Positions 1-12,410 of a DNA stretch of 64,000 bases are shown in pieces. The notes beneath the pieces were generated by a model, which was not told the DNA's origin, searched no databases, and worked only from the letters and a program-made list of their open reading frames with translations. Source of the DNA: Eledone cirrhosa (Eukaryota); the NCBI GenBank assembly GCA_964016885.1, contig OZ024741.1, positions 393,886,001-393,950,000 on the forward strand. Direction: 5' to 3'. How positions within the stretch are numbered: position 1 is the stretch's first letter; each line of letters opens with the position of its first letter. The position numbers and the translations under genes were made by a program.

Positions 1-287
1 CCGAGATAATGTCTGTGTCTACTCGCGACATCATGGGCATATAAAACATTTTGAGTAAGCATCGTAAATTTTATTCGATTTGTATATAATTAACCTCGAT
101 TTCACAACAGGACAGAGAGTAATTGGGATCTGTACCAGTATAAGGGCTGAGTTTAAATTTTTATTTCATTCAATTGGGTAATTGTACTTTGTGTGGTGTA
201 TTTTTGGCTAGTTTAGTTTTGTTGTATTTAGATTTTTATCGGGTTATGAAAGGGAAAATTATTCACATATACATACATTTATAGATA

Positions 288-1133
288 TACGAGGTGTGTC
301 TGAAAAGTAACAGGACTTGGTGTGCTGTGTGAGCTATGAATGGGTTAGGGATTTGAGGACTGTGTCTTCGTGTGACGTAATATCCGAGGAGTATATAACT
401 GCGATCTCAGCTCTCTGCAGCCATTGTGTTTTCTTTTTCTTTTTTTTTTGCGTGCTTTTGTTAACAGCTACTAAATTTTAGGCCGTCAAGTGATGGGCAC
501 AGGGCAACAAACCAACCTGAAGCTTCGGGTCTGGCTGAAGCTCTCTGAATACTGCAGCAAGTGTACGGAGATGAGACAATATCGCGCTCACGGATTTTCA
601 AGTGTAACAAAAGGTTTAAAGGGACGCGAGGACGTGGAAGACGACTCCAGGAGCGGGAGGCCTTCAGCGAGAATGACTGAGGTCAACATTGAGCATGTGA
701 GGTAGGTGGTGCGTGGCTACTTTCGGCTGACTGTTTGACTGATTGCAAGTGAGCTGGGCAGGAATTGCGACAACGTTTGCAGGATTATCACCAAAGATTT
801 AGCCATGCGGAAGATTGCCCGCCCACAACGGTCTGGGCATCCGGCAGTTCCTGGCCGAGAAGAACAACGCCGTACTGGAGAACCTTCTTATTTACCTGAT
901 CTCACTCCGTGGGACTTTTTCTTTCCTCAACCTCAAGGGGGTCATCAAGGAGACCCGTTTTGAAGGCGAGGAGGCAATCAAGAGGGCCATAACGAAAGAG
1001 CTGAGGAGCATCCCAGAAGAATCCTTCCAGCAGTACAGAGAAGCATGACAGTGAAGGATGGAAAAGTGCATTAGAGGGGATTACATTGAAGGGGAAACCA
1101 TGTATTTGTTGTTTGGAATTGAAATAATCTTGA

Positions 1134-1135
<2 letters not shown>
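288..1135 (+). mobile_element. Degenerate mariner DNA transposon, internally deleted
   Basis: Starts TA-CGAGGTGTGTCTGAAAAGT (mariner-type TIR). Fragments translate to GREDVEDDSRSGRPS (HTH region) and a C-terminal LKGVIKETRFE...IPEESFQQ segment. The right TIR is not recognisable; the element ends in (TA)n. Confidence 0.8.
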
Positions 1136-1185
<50 letters not shown>

Positions 1186-2002
1186 TTAATAATAAAATAT
1201 ATAATATATGTGAAGCCGACTTCGGCAAGATTTGAACATTTTAACGAAGAATCTTGAGTTACGCAACGCTGTCTGCGTGTTAGTCCGGCGTTTCACTGTT
1301 TCTACTGACTAGTAAAGAAAAGAACCATTATTGCTGTATTTTAATAGAAATTTCAGATCGATAGCAGTATAATACTTTCTGCATCTCAGTTCTTTTTTTA
1401 AACCAGCCTGATGAAATGAGTGAAAGGGTAATAGTATTAGCAGAGGCATGAGTTACAGTACAGCTACTAATGCGGATAGTATTATTGATGGGCATAATTT
1501 TAACGATTAATGGAGAAAAGAGAGACAAATTTGTTGGTTGAAAAACTAAGAAGAATAAATAACACGAGGATTGGCTCACGAAATTTATGATATACGATAG
1601 AATAAAACTGCTTCTAACTGGTGAATGAACTGTATAGCATTAGCAATATATAAAAACGCAACAGCAACATAAAACAACAGCAAAAACTAACCTACACTAG
1701 CATCACGAACGAAATGAGTGAATTAAAGAAAACCTAAACAGCACTATCACAGCTGAGCTACTCGCACACTGACACATACATATAGACTCAAACATACACA
1801 CACGATACACCCAATATATACACACAAATACACATACACCCAATCGATACGGCTCCATCAGTGTCAATTGCGGTCATGATAGCAATACAATTTTTTACAA
1901 GTTGCACTTATGAATATTGAAGAATTTGTATGTAAAACTAATTTCGATAAATAATTTTATTTGTAATGATTACAAGTACTGATTAAATTAGAAACGGCAA
2001 CA

Positions 2003-2058
<56 letters not shown>

Positions 2059-2074
2059 AAGCATAAATGAATTG

Positions 2075-2828
2075 AAAAAAACTGGGCATAAGAGGGATCA
2101 GATGCAGTGTGCTGGAGAGGAGATTGCGTTGGTATGGACATGTGATGCGTATGAAGGATGACAGCTGTATAAACATTTGCAAGGCACTCAAAGTTTATGG
2201 AAGCCATGGAGTAGGAAGACCTACGATAATTTAAGATGGAGTGATAAAAGCTGACCTTGCACAATTGCACCACTCAAAGGTGTTGACACGGAGTCGAGAT
2301 ATCTGGGTTATGCAGTAATACAGAAGACACGCCTTCCCATGTACACGGGTTGAAGTATACATCTAGTATGCACCACTTTCCCTTACCTGACCGCCCACTC
2401 CCTCCGCTTTACATACATCTCCCATGTCCTAACACCCCACCCTTCACCAGATAAATGCCCCACCCTACATCTACCTCTCCAATCCACATGCATCTCTTCC
2501 ACCCCAGCCCCCGTCACACTATAAAGTGGTCGTTTTGGTGCCACGGCAAAAAGCGCTTAGCCCACATTGTAAAGTGCTTATGTAGGTGTCACGGCAAAAA
2601 TTACCCAAACCACTCTGTAAAGTGGTCGTTTTCGTGCCACGATAAAAAAAAGCACCCAGTACACATCATAAATGTGGTTGGCGTTAGGAAGGACATCCAG
2701 CAGTAGAAACCAAGCCAGAATCAGTTCTGTATGAGCAAGACACAGTCACCTGATCTGACTTGTCTCAGAACGGGACAACTCGTCTATCCCCTGCTAGCGT
2801 AGAAAAATGGACGTTAAACGGTGATGTT
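2075..2828 (+). mobile_element. RTE-clade LINE 3' fragment and tail
   Basis: 2082 onward reads LGIRGIRCSVLERRLRWYGHVMRMKDDS, an RTE RT C-terminus. The tail GTGGTTGGCGTTAGGAAGG...GGACGTTAAACGGTGATG also occurs inverted at 7170-7325. Confidence 0.7.
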
Positions 2829-2849
2829 TCACGTCCAATTTAGTCGATA

Positions 2850-3775
2850 GCACACAATTTTATTATCTGGTTTCTTGTTTAATATTGTTTCTTGTTTAAT
2901 ATTGTTTCTTGTTTTATGTCTATTTTTGAGAGAAAATTTCATACACAAATTTGAGAATTTTCACTAAGGATATATTTTAACTGTTTATACGCTTCATTTT
3001 CACAGTTAATTGTAGACTTATTATCATTGTAGTTATTTTGATGTTATTAACGTCACTGCGAGATATATCAGTCTGTTCCGTCACATGGTGTCAAATGTTT
3101 CGCCGACATGGCTATTTCAAGAAACTGTTTGTGTATTACTGTTGTTTATTGTTGATAGTCGAAGAGGCTTCAAGCAAACCTAGTAACATGGTGATCTGTT
3201 GTGTCACGTGTTTATTGTATGTTCGTTCTGGAGGGACTAGTCGTTAAGTGTTGATATTTGTAATGGTTTTGCACTATAATGTTTATGTTATTTTTGCGCT
3301 CGACAAACGGTGCGTGTTGGCGTGATTGTTTGGCTATGAAAGAATTTAATTCTGAGTGAATATCATCCCGGTGTTCATTCTGTTCATAAAGCCAACAGAG
3401 AGATATTATTTTGCTATTTCATAACTATTAGATACATTATTATTGAGTTCATTCTTCCAAGAAAGATGCAATTTATAGTTTCGGTTCCTTTTGTTACTAC
3501 AATTAAGAATATTCTTTTTGCGTTTCTAATTGTTGTTTTCCTTCGATTCTATGTTATTGATGTTTTGTTCAGCCATGTTTGTAGAAAATCCTTGTAAAGT
3601 GAATCCAATATTTAGACGGACATCTCTCCGAATTCGAATTAAAGGTGTCTTCAGAGAATATCATCAGAAGAATATCCAGTTATTTGATATGACTGATAGT
3701 TGTGGCATTACTGTTACATATATTATTCATCTCAAATTTAATTAATAGTATCCCACGCCACATGTGCAACTGTTC
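2850..3775 (-). mobile_element. R4/Dong-clade retrotransposon 5' fragment
   Basis: Reverse complement matches the 5' end of the 26655 element (CAGTAATGCCACAACTA, CTGAAGACACCTTT, TTTACAAGGATTTTCTACAAAC). It begins next to a (TACA)n tract on the minus strand. Confidence 0.75.
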
Positions 3776-4149
3776 ATGTATGAATGTATGCATGTATGTA
3801 TGTATGTATGTATGTATGTATGTATGTATGTATGTACGTATAGATGGATGGATGGGTGGATTGGGGAACAGTAGTTCTCCTAGCAAACATTCTTAGGTAC
3901 ATAGTTCGCAAACAATGTTGGGCGTTTGTCTATCCGAAAGTCCTTTTTATTATATTTATCAAACTCGCATATACACGCACACATATACACACATACGCAT
4001 ACATGTATGCACATACACACACATACACACACATACACACATGCATGCACACCTACATAAATGCATACATACATTTATGCAAAAAATACATACCTGCATA
4101 CATGCATTCCTACATACATATATACATAAATGCATTCATACATACATAC

Positions 4150-4390
4150 ATGATGGTTACCCCTCGTTATCGAGTATGGCCATTGCACGATATACCATTA
4201 TTAATAATTATCAAGTAATGCTATCATGCAATGCTTGTGTGTGAAGATTTTTTTAAAGTGAGCCAATCCCACTCTCTGAGCGACAATAGTAAACTTGGTG
4301 GGTTTGCCAGTTTAGTCGCCGACGACCCGAACATGTGACAGGTTGTACTGAGTTATACATTACCAGTAGCACTCAAGAGTGACCCGACAT
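4150..4390 (-). mobile_element. Short RTE-derived non-autonomous element (family X)
   Basis: Shares the head GGGTCRTCGGCGACTAAAC, the internal CCAATCCCACTCTCTGAGC and the CTCG-N4-CGAG tail hairpin with the copies at 25195-26050 and 30280-30722. Confidence 0.6.
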
Positions 4391-4441
4391 AATACATACA
4401 TACATACGTACATATATACATACATATATGCATACATACAC

Positions 4442-5865
4442 AATTAACGCGACCAGTTACACGCATTGGCATATTTAAGATGAATACTATCTCCGTCACT
4501 AATGATACAAATACCAATCGTATTGAATAACTGGATTTCTTCTAGCTACTGAAGAAACCTTTTATTCGAATTCGTAGAGATATCTGATTAAATACTAAAT
4601 TACAAGGATTTGCTACAAACAACATGGCTGAACACAACATCAATATCAACAACATTAATTTACCAAAGAAAAACAACGAGAAAGGTAAATAAAACCTCTT
4701 TAGTTGTAGCTACAGAAGAAGCCGAAACTATAAATCGCATTTCTTCTTGAGTTACGAACTTAATAATGATTTATTTAATTGTTATAAAATGGCAAAACAA
4801 AGATCCTTCTGAACAGAATGAAGCTATACTGGGACGAAATACATCCAGAGCTAAGTCACTTCACAACCAAACAATTACATCAACAAGCGACGTTTGTTGA
4901 ATGTAAAAATAACATGAACATTATTAATTGTAAGTCCCCCAGGTGGAACATGCAGTCAACAACACGTGCTAAGGTGCCCATGCTACTAGACTTTCTAGCA
5001 GCCAGGCTGAACATCAACAAACAACAGAAATACTTGAACAGTCCCATGAAACAACTATGCTGGTAAGAAATTTGACACCACGTGTATCAACTGATTCGAC
5101 CTCGACTGTTGTGAAAAACACTATTAATAATAATAAATCTGCCATTAGCTTGGTCAATCAAGAGTATAAACAATTGAAATATATTCCCAGCGAAACATTC
5201 CAGAGAGAAATTTATACTATAAACATTTCTCTGGCGGAACGTGTAATAACAGCAGTACTAAACAAAATGAAAACAAATAATGAAATCGTACGTGCCATTG
5301 ATGAAATTGAGGGTGAATATTTATGACGAATTACAACATCCATATTTTGGCAAATCAATGTATGTTTAGATGCCTGGCAACGACAGTGAAGCATTATCTT
5401 GGTGATCATCATGTATTACAAAAATAGAAAAAACGATTGCCGACCTATGGAAAACTATAGGATATGTGACAATGCTCCTTACAGAAACGTAAGCAGAGAA
5501 GCAGAAGCCTAACACCTGTCCATAGAGCATATCCCTCCAACTTCTAATAACAACCAAATGGAAGAGCCCATCTATTGAGCAAGTTTGTCTACATGAGACA
5601 GATAAGATCATGAGAGTTGAGAAAGAGCTCCTTAAAAAATACTCCGTGCATGATAATCAAAACCTCCCACCCAGGGAAATCGCTCAGCAATATTACAGTG
5701 AATCCATGGATGAAAAAGTGCATGCTTATCAGCGGAAAATCATGCATAGATATGTTGTCAGGAGGCACCAGAGTGAGAATAATATAGATAAGCAAAGTAG
5801 TCTTTCTTAGATCAACAACCGCTATATTGGCTCTCACTTTGAAGGATATGCTTTTGCAATCTAAG
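4442..5865 (+). mobile_element. R4/Dong-clade retrotransposon, heavily deleted copy
   Basis: Same 5' end as the 26655 and 32785 copies, then MKLYWDEIHPEL and a later segment MDEKVHAYQRKIMH...GSHFEGYAFAI. Preceded by (TACA)n. Confidence 0.8.
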
Positions 5866-6072
5866 TGAGAAATTTGCTAGTGATTACCATAGAGAAAATT
5901 ATACCGATATAGATGCATACTAATACAACCCTAACTTTTGATAAAGACTCGTTCTGGATAACATACATAACCTAACTATCCAATCTTCTTGGATATACGT
6001 CAATACTCATCTTTTTCCATTTCTTAGAGGGTTCTAAACCCCACTAGCCATACGCACACACATATATATATA

Positions 6073-6505
6073 TCTAAATAATAATATAATAAAGGGAGGA
6101 GTGCGGGACAGCGTCCAGAATATATTTTTTTTATCCCGTTTGTAAAATAAGTTGGATTACTTTGAATAAATAATGAACGAATATTACATAATTTATCTAC
6201 TAAATTTCGTTATTCTTGATTAGATATAAATAATTGTGTCGCTTATTTTAAGATTCACTTCTTTAAAATTTTCAAATGTCAACACTTCCGGTTAGCAATC
6301 GCTTAAATAAACAGTCATATATTTCCGTCAATGGATTGTGTTACGGATTACATAAAACGCAGTCTTCGTTCAATTTCTGTGTATATTGTCAATTACGATT
6401 TTATTTGATGTATCATATCTACATGCATATATACTTGCGTATAATATCAATATGTACACTACATATGCTAGCGGAAAACCACCCGAATGGTGGTTTTTCT
6501 GCTAG
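6073..6505 (+). mobile_element. Non-autonomous Helitron (~430 bp)
   Basis: Has an A|TC 5' end within (TA)n, a 3' hairpin CTAGCGGAAAACCACC-CGAAT-GGTGGTTTTTCTGCTAG and a CTAG|T terminus. The TTTCTGCTAG end is the same as at 9925. Confidence 0.65.
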
Positions 6506-6508
6506 TAT

Positions 6509-7148
6509 ATATAATGAAAATAAAATTCAGGGCGAAAGAGGATAATATCCATCGTCAGTTGTCTGCTAGGAATCATAGGTATTTCTTCGCGTTAGAGACA
6601 AGATACCTCAGCCTAGGGCGAACGATAACTAAAATAAGTTATTGGGATAAAAAGAGGGGGGGGGGGTTAAACAGACACGAAGGGTGAAGCAACGTAAAGA
6701 GAAGAAAAATATCAAGTCAACAACTCATTTCGAACACAAGTTCTGTTGAGTTTGACGAGAGAAAAAAGACACGTCTTCACTGTAGCCGTATGAGCGAGAG
6801 AAGAGACTGATTACAGTGGTGGACGAGGGAGGAAGTGAGCTAGAGGGTGACTAGCAGAGAGGGAGTGATTGAAAGTAAAGGGAAGCGAGAAAAAGATAGT
6901 TATAGTGACAGGCTAACCGAGAGAAGGTGACTAGTAGAGAGGGTGAGCGAAAGTAAGAGAGAGAAGGAGAGAGAAGGGGGAGAGAGAGGATAGCAACAAG
7001 GGGAGAGAAAAGAGACGGGTGACAGCGGACCCGAAGAAATACCTATGATTCCTAGCAGACAACTGACGATGGATATTACCCTTTTTCGGCCGTAACTTTT
7101 ATTTTCATTATACTTAATTGCAACCACACAGCTCACCATTTTATTCAT
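6509..7148. mobile_element. Non-coding element with ~80-bp inverted arms, probably PLE-derived
   Basis: 6509-6589 is the reverse complement of 7032-7112, with about 47 bp identical. Homologous to 48200-48955. Confidence 0.55.
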
Positions 7149-7169
7149 ATATATATATATATATATATA

Positions 7170-7325
7170 TCATCACCATTAACGTCCATTTTCCACGCTA
7201 GCATAGGTTAGACGACTTGTCTCGTCGTGAGATAACCCATGTGCAATGACCATGTCTTGCTCATATAGAAGTGATTTGGGGTTGGATTCTACAGCTTGAT
7301 GCCCTTCCTAACGCCAGCCACATTT
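7170..7325 (-). mobile_element. LINE/SINE 3' tail fragment
   Basis: Inverted homologue of 2670-2828. Confidence 0.6.
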
Positions 7326-7348
7326 ACTTCTATGTATGTATGTTTGTA

Positions 7349-7387
<39 letters not shown>

Positions 7388-7611
7388 TATTAGTTTAACA
7401 ATGATAATAATAACGAAGGTAAGTTATTTTACATATACATTTCATTGTTTTACGATCGCTTCGGAGTGTTGATCATATTGATATATTGACTGATCTACAG
7501 CAGTTAGAGAACTGTATACTGTAAGACATAATATATAGGTTCGATCATACCGTCTTCTTCGGAAACAATATATATTTATATATATATATACACACATCCA
7601 TACATATGTAT

Positions 7612-7720
<109 letters not shown>

Positions 7721-7749
7721 AAAAGGCAAATAGAAATAATAAAGCAAAC

Positions 7750-8530
7750 GACACAGCACAATGAAGAAATATATTATTAGTTTTACGCTTGATATAGTAG
7801 GAAAAGAGCCTTAACGTTTCGGACACTAATCTTTCATCAGAAGATAGAATGAGATATTAAAGAAGAGATAGAAAGACTGATAAGACTGGGCGGTGGAAAC
7901 GGAAAAAAAGTTTAGAGAAAAAAACAGGTCCATTCATATTGCCTTTCTTATAAAACTGTTGATGCTGGCGTTTTGTGTATGATATACTTCTTTTGAAAAG
8001 GTGATGATGGAGCGCGTCTGTCTGATAGGGAAAAACCCTTTTGTATATAGAGCCGTACGTGTACGCATGTGTATACATGTGTCTGTGTGTCTGTGTTTGT
8101 GTGTGTGTGTTATACATCTGTACGAAGCTAAGAGGATATTTGTGTGTATATGTAAGTAAAGAAGTGTGTGTGTGTGTGTGTGCTTGAAAGTACGAAGATG
8201 TGAGAAAAGGTATGTATATGTAAGGGTGTGTGAGAGAGAGAGAGTACAGAGGTGTATGTGCGTGTTTTGTTGGTCAGCCTAAGCTGTAAGCGTATATGTT
8301 TCTGATCATAACAGAGCCATAGAAAGCTAGGGGGTGAACGTTCGCGCAAGTGTGTGACAACGGACGGGATAAAGGTGATAGTGGCATGGGGTAAAGAAGT
8401 GAGCACGGGCGTGTGTAAGATTAAAGAGATTTGGAAGTGAGTTGAGTCCATTGGGGATACTGGATCCAAGGCAGAAAATCAGACTCTGCTCTGCCCTGGT
8501 GCGCGAGGCCTGAAATCCGTGATGTAAAAA
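7750..8530 (-). mobile_element. Penelope-like element 3' fragment (GIY-YIG C-terminus plus 3' UTR/pseudo-LTR)
   Basis: Translates to RTRAEQSLIFCLGSSIPNGLNS, the typical PLE endonuclease end. A hammerhead core lies downstream at 7809-7844. Confidence 0.7.
7809..7844 (-). ncRNA. Minimal type I hammerhead ribozyme, partly decayed
   Basis: Minus strand reads TCTT-CTGATGA-AAGATTAGTGTCC-GAAAC-GTT-AAGG. Stem II is weak. Confidence 0.55.
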
Positions 8531-8539
8531 AAACCCAAA

Positions 8540-8961
8540 CTCATTTGTTTGTCTCATTGTTTCTAATGAACTTAAAAAACGGTGGACCAATCATGTTCAA
8601 ACTTGGCATGTGAGTTCTTTAGACTCAGGAATAGGTTTTCCTGACACTTGGACCTATATTCATTTGTTTATATATTCGTTTGTCTGTTTGTCAACTGTGA
8701 TCGACGTGAGTTTTCGTCTTCACTGCGATGGAATACGACGGAAAATAGAGAGAATGAAGAAGTGAGAATTTGAGAGAAATCACACGTGAAATTAAATAGA
8801 GCACTGAAAGCCAAAGATGTGACAAAGCAAATAATTTAACAATGCAGGAACGAAGACAGAAACAGAGATAGAGAAAGCAACGAAAGTGATCGACACACGT
8901 TCAACATAGTAGCCGACAATAAAACAACAGACACACCCATGCTTCAGTGGTATTGAGCGTC

Positions 8962-9008
<47 letters not shown>

Positions 9009-9925
9009 TCCCTCTCTCTCTCGTTCTCTCTCTCGTTCTCTCTCCTGCATGAAGTGAGGTACGACTAAAACCACTGGGCGACACACATTCAATCAACATA
9101 AAGCAACAACACACGCTTGCTTTAATATCAAAATCTGCTCTCACCTTTATTTGGAAGAAATCTCATAAATCTATGACAAATCAGCTACAAGTGAAGAGTA
9201 GCGACAAGAAATACTCCCAAAACAAAGAAAATGCTTGCTGAATATAGAAGCAAATATTCGTCAAAGATGGCATGAAGAAACTGAAACTCAAACAACTCAA
9301 AGAGAGCAAGATTTACTATTTCAAAAGGTTGTCGAATGGAACTTTGCTGCTTTTAGTTACATTCCACAGCATAACTATGCCTCAGAACCTTTATTTGAAT
9401 TTCCTCAATAAACAAAATGTGGTGCTAAAACATGGAATGGTGGGTCAACTGGATTGTGTTGTTTAAATGGAAGGATTAAGTTTAGACTATTACCTGAACC
9501 ACCAGAACCCTTGATGGGGTTGCTGATTGGTTCAACTACTGAATCAAGACACTTTCTTCAAAATATCCAGAAATACAATAATGCATTCCAAATGACATCA
9601 ATTGGTGCAAATGTCATCCATGAAGATGGCTTTAAACCCATTTTCAAGATCCAAGGACAAGTGTACCATAGGATTGGACCACTTGAACTACATTCAGAAC
9701 AAGACCAAAATATTTACCACTGTATTTCATCAGTAATATGAAAACCCAAGCACAGATAATATATGAAAGGAATAAAAAAAATTACGTATGAAATCATAAT
9801 GCAACTAAAATATATGTTACATAAAATAAACAGCTGTATTAGAAGTTTCAAATATACCCTAGAAAACCTTTGAATGAAATTTCGTTATTTTCTTTAATCC
9901 GGACAACGCCGGGTATTTCTGCTAG
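8540..9925 (+). mobile_element. Helitron remnant with RepHel N-terminal fragment
   Basis: Translates to CCLNGRIK...PEPPEPL...HFLQNIQKYNNAFQMTSIG...FKIQGQVYHRIG. Has a 3' hairpin CCGG-ACAACG-CCGG followed by CTAG|T at 9922-9926. The 5' boundary is approximate. Confidence 0.85.
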
Positions 9926-10644
9926 TCTTTTATATTCTATTAACTATTTCTTCTGATGCAATATAATAGAACAATGTCTATAGCAAACGTAGTCTCCCTT
10001 GTTCATTGATTTATTGTGACACATTTGTAGTATTGGTCTCCGCCATCAGTCACTGCTTGGTCTTCGTTTATCATCTTATTCATTATTAAGTTACCACTAT
10101 AATAAATTATCCCATTTCTAGGGTTATAATTATAACATTTGACGTTCTCTTCCTCCTCATCCTTATTAGTGCTTTTTTTTTTTTTTTTTTCTTTTTTCGT
10201 TATTGTGGTGATTTTATTCTTTTTCCGCTGCGATGGTGATGGCGACGATGACTGCTACTGCTGCTGCTTTTATATTCTTCCTTGCAAGCATCATTATCGT
10301 CGTTGTCGTAATCCTCATCTTACGATAAGCACTCCGATTTATAATACATCATTGCTCTCCTCGTGTCTATCTGGAGTATTAGTCACTCCCAGACAACTGC
10401 TGACTGTTAATAATTGTCCATGAAATCTTTTATGCAATCCAACTTCTGTTTGCCTTCTTTTTGTTTTCTTGGTCAACCCCAATTGTTTGTAACATTACTG
10501 ATTTCTTTGTTCAGAAATGTGTCCAATATTTGCTATGTAAAATGCTTGAACCACATTCGAGATTTTGTTACTACAAGAAACATAAACACGATTTGCAGTA
10601 TTGTAAATTCTCATTCACTTTGGAATGTCGGAAAATTAATTTCT

Positions 10645-11945
10645 TGTAATACATACATGCTGATTGCTACTTCATGTCAGAAGAGTGCTATCCCTTCATT
10701 GAACTTTGCACGATCATGTGAACGCAGGAGACTTTTCAGACCCGAATTTGTTTTGTAGGTATGTTCGCAGATGTGACACTTGAACTGTCTGTCTCCTGGT
10801 AAACCGGCTGGAGTGTGTCTTCAATCTACCCGCTGACTTGCAAATTAATCCACGCTCCCTGCAAATGCACCGTGGAATGTGTGGCGATAAAACCCTCTCA
10901 CAGTTGACTTGATTTCTCTCTGGCTTATGTGATTTCAGATGGTTACCAAAACCAGCTCTTGTTAGAAGAAATCGGCCACATATATTGCACCTCAATTCCT
11001 ACTGAATTTTTGCAGGCACTGCACTTGAGTCGCACTTATGAAGTGAATGCTTCAAAACAGCAAACTCCACTTATTTTTTCTCAAAGACATCACATCCGTA
11101 TTTGATGATCTTTCTTCATGATGTACGGCCTTCAGCCAGTCTCTCCCAGCTCTCCATATCAATTTTCTGAGTTTTAATATTGTCTTTTATAACATCCTTA
11201 AACCACTTCTTTGGTTGATGCCGTGGCCTGTTTCCTCTGGTCAGCTCCCCATAAAATAGCTGTTTAGGCAGCCCTCCATCTTCCATTCTGACCACATGAC
11301 CAGCCCAATGCATCTGGTTCATAATAATCCTCCTCTCAATACTGTTGCTACCCGCTTTTTCAAGTACGCAGCATCAGGTGTGTAAGAGTACCACTTGATG
11401 TTCAGGATGCGTCGTATATAATGCTGATGAAATCTTTCCAACTGCCTGTTCGCATCCATATAGCAGGACTACAGAACATAGGCCTCATACACAGAGAGCG
11501 TTGTGTTTCTCGTGATAACCCAATTTGACCAGATTCGCTTCTCAAGCTTCCCGAAGGCATGACTTGCTTTCACAAACCTGTGATCTATTCCAGCATTAAG
11601 GATACCATTTCTACTAAGTGTACCTCCGATATAAACAATGCTGTTCACCTCAAGTCTTTTTCCTCTCATGTCTGGCTCCACATACACTTTCCCAACTGGT
11701 GAAGTGTACATGTCCTTTGTTTTTTAATACTAATATGTAACCCAAACACAGAGCATGCAGTGAAGAAGGCGTCCAAACATCAACTGCATGTCCTCTATTG
11801 TGTGAGCCACAAAATCTGTATCATCAGCAAAGATGAACTCCCTAACAAGAGTGCCAAATACTTTGCACTTAGTGTTAAAACGTCTTAGATTAAAACTTTG
11901 CTAGAAGTTCTAAATGGCAATTATGCACGGATTTCGAAATCTTGG
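10645..11945 (-). mobile_element. RTE-clade LINE 3' fragment with tandem C2H2 zinc fingers
   Basis: Translates to ADD-type RT motif, WAGHVVRMEDGGLPKQLFYGEL and CNICGRFLLTRAGFGNHLKSH, plus further degenerate fingers. Confidence 0.85.
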
Positions 11946-12410
11946 AAGGAATATATCAGCAGCACTGCAAAGTAGATGGAGAACATACATACACACATAC
12001 ATACACACATACATACACACATACATACACACATACATACATACATACATACATACATACATACATACATACATACATACATACATGCATACATGATGAC
12101 TGCCCCCTCGATATCGAGTATGGCCATTGCACGATAATAATAATAATAATAATGCTTTCTTTATTAACCACAAGGATTTATATAAAGTAGACATTAAGGA
12201 CAGTACAGGACAATACAGGACGGTACAAATGGGCATTTCTGCGTGTAAAAAACAAGAAACAGAGGATGTAATAATAGAACAATGAAAAAAATTACCCAAT
12301 AGGGGGAGGGGGGAGACTTCCGAGGGACATTCGTGGAGAAAGCCCATTAAAAAGCCACAGTGACCCTGACCACCAGGGCAATTGCCCTCTCCCAGTTTTC
12401 CACCTTTAAT

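Noticed and set aside
1183-1313. Mini Helitron (TC...CTAG|T)
   Set aside because: No subterminal hairpin was found, so support is insufficient.
3530-3745. Possible host exon with an AG acceptor
   Set aside because: It is the antisense strand of the Dong-like 5' UTR.
4290-4390. HDV-like ribozyme at the family X head
   Set aside because: P2, P4 and CTAA-like pieces are visible, but no convincing P1 or L3 could be fitted by eye.
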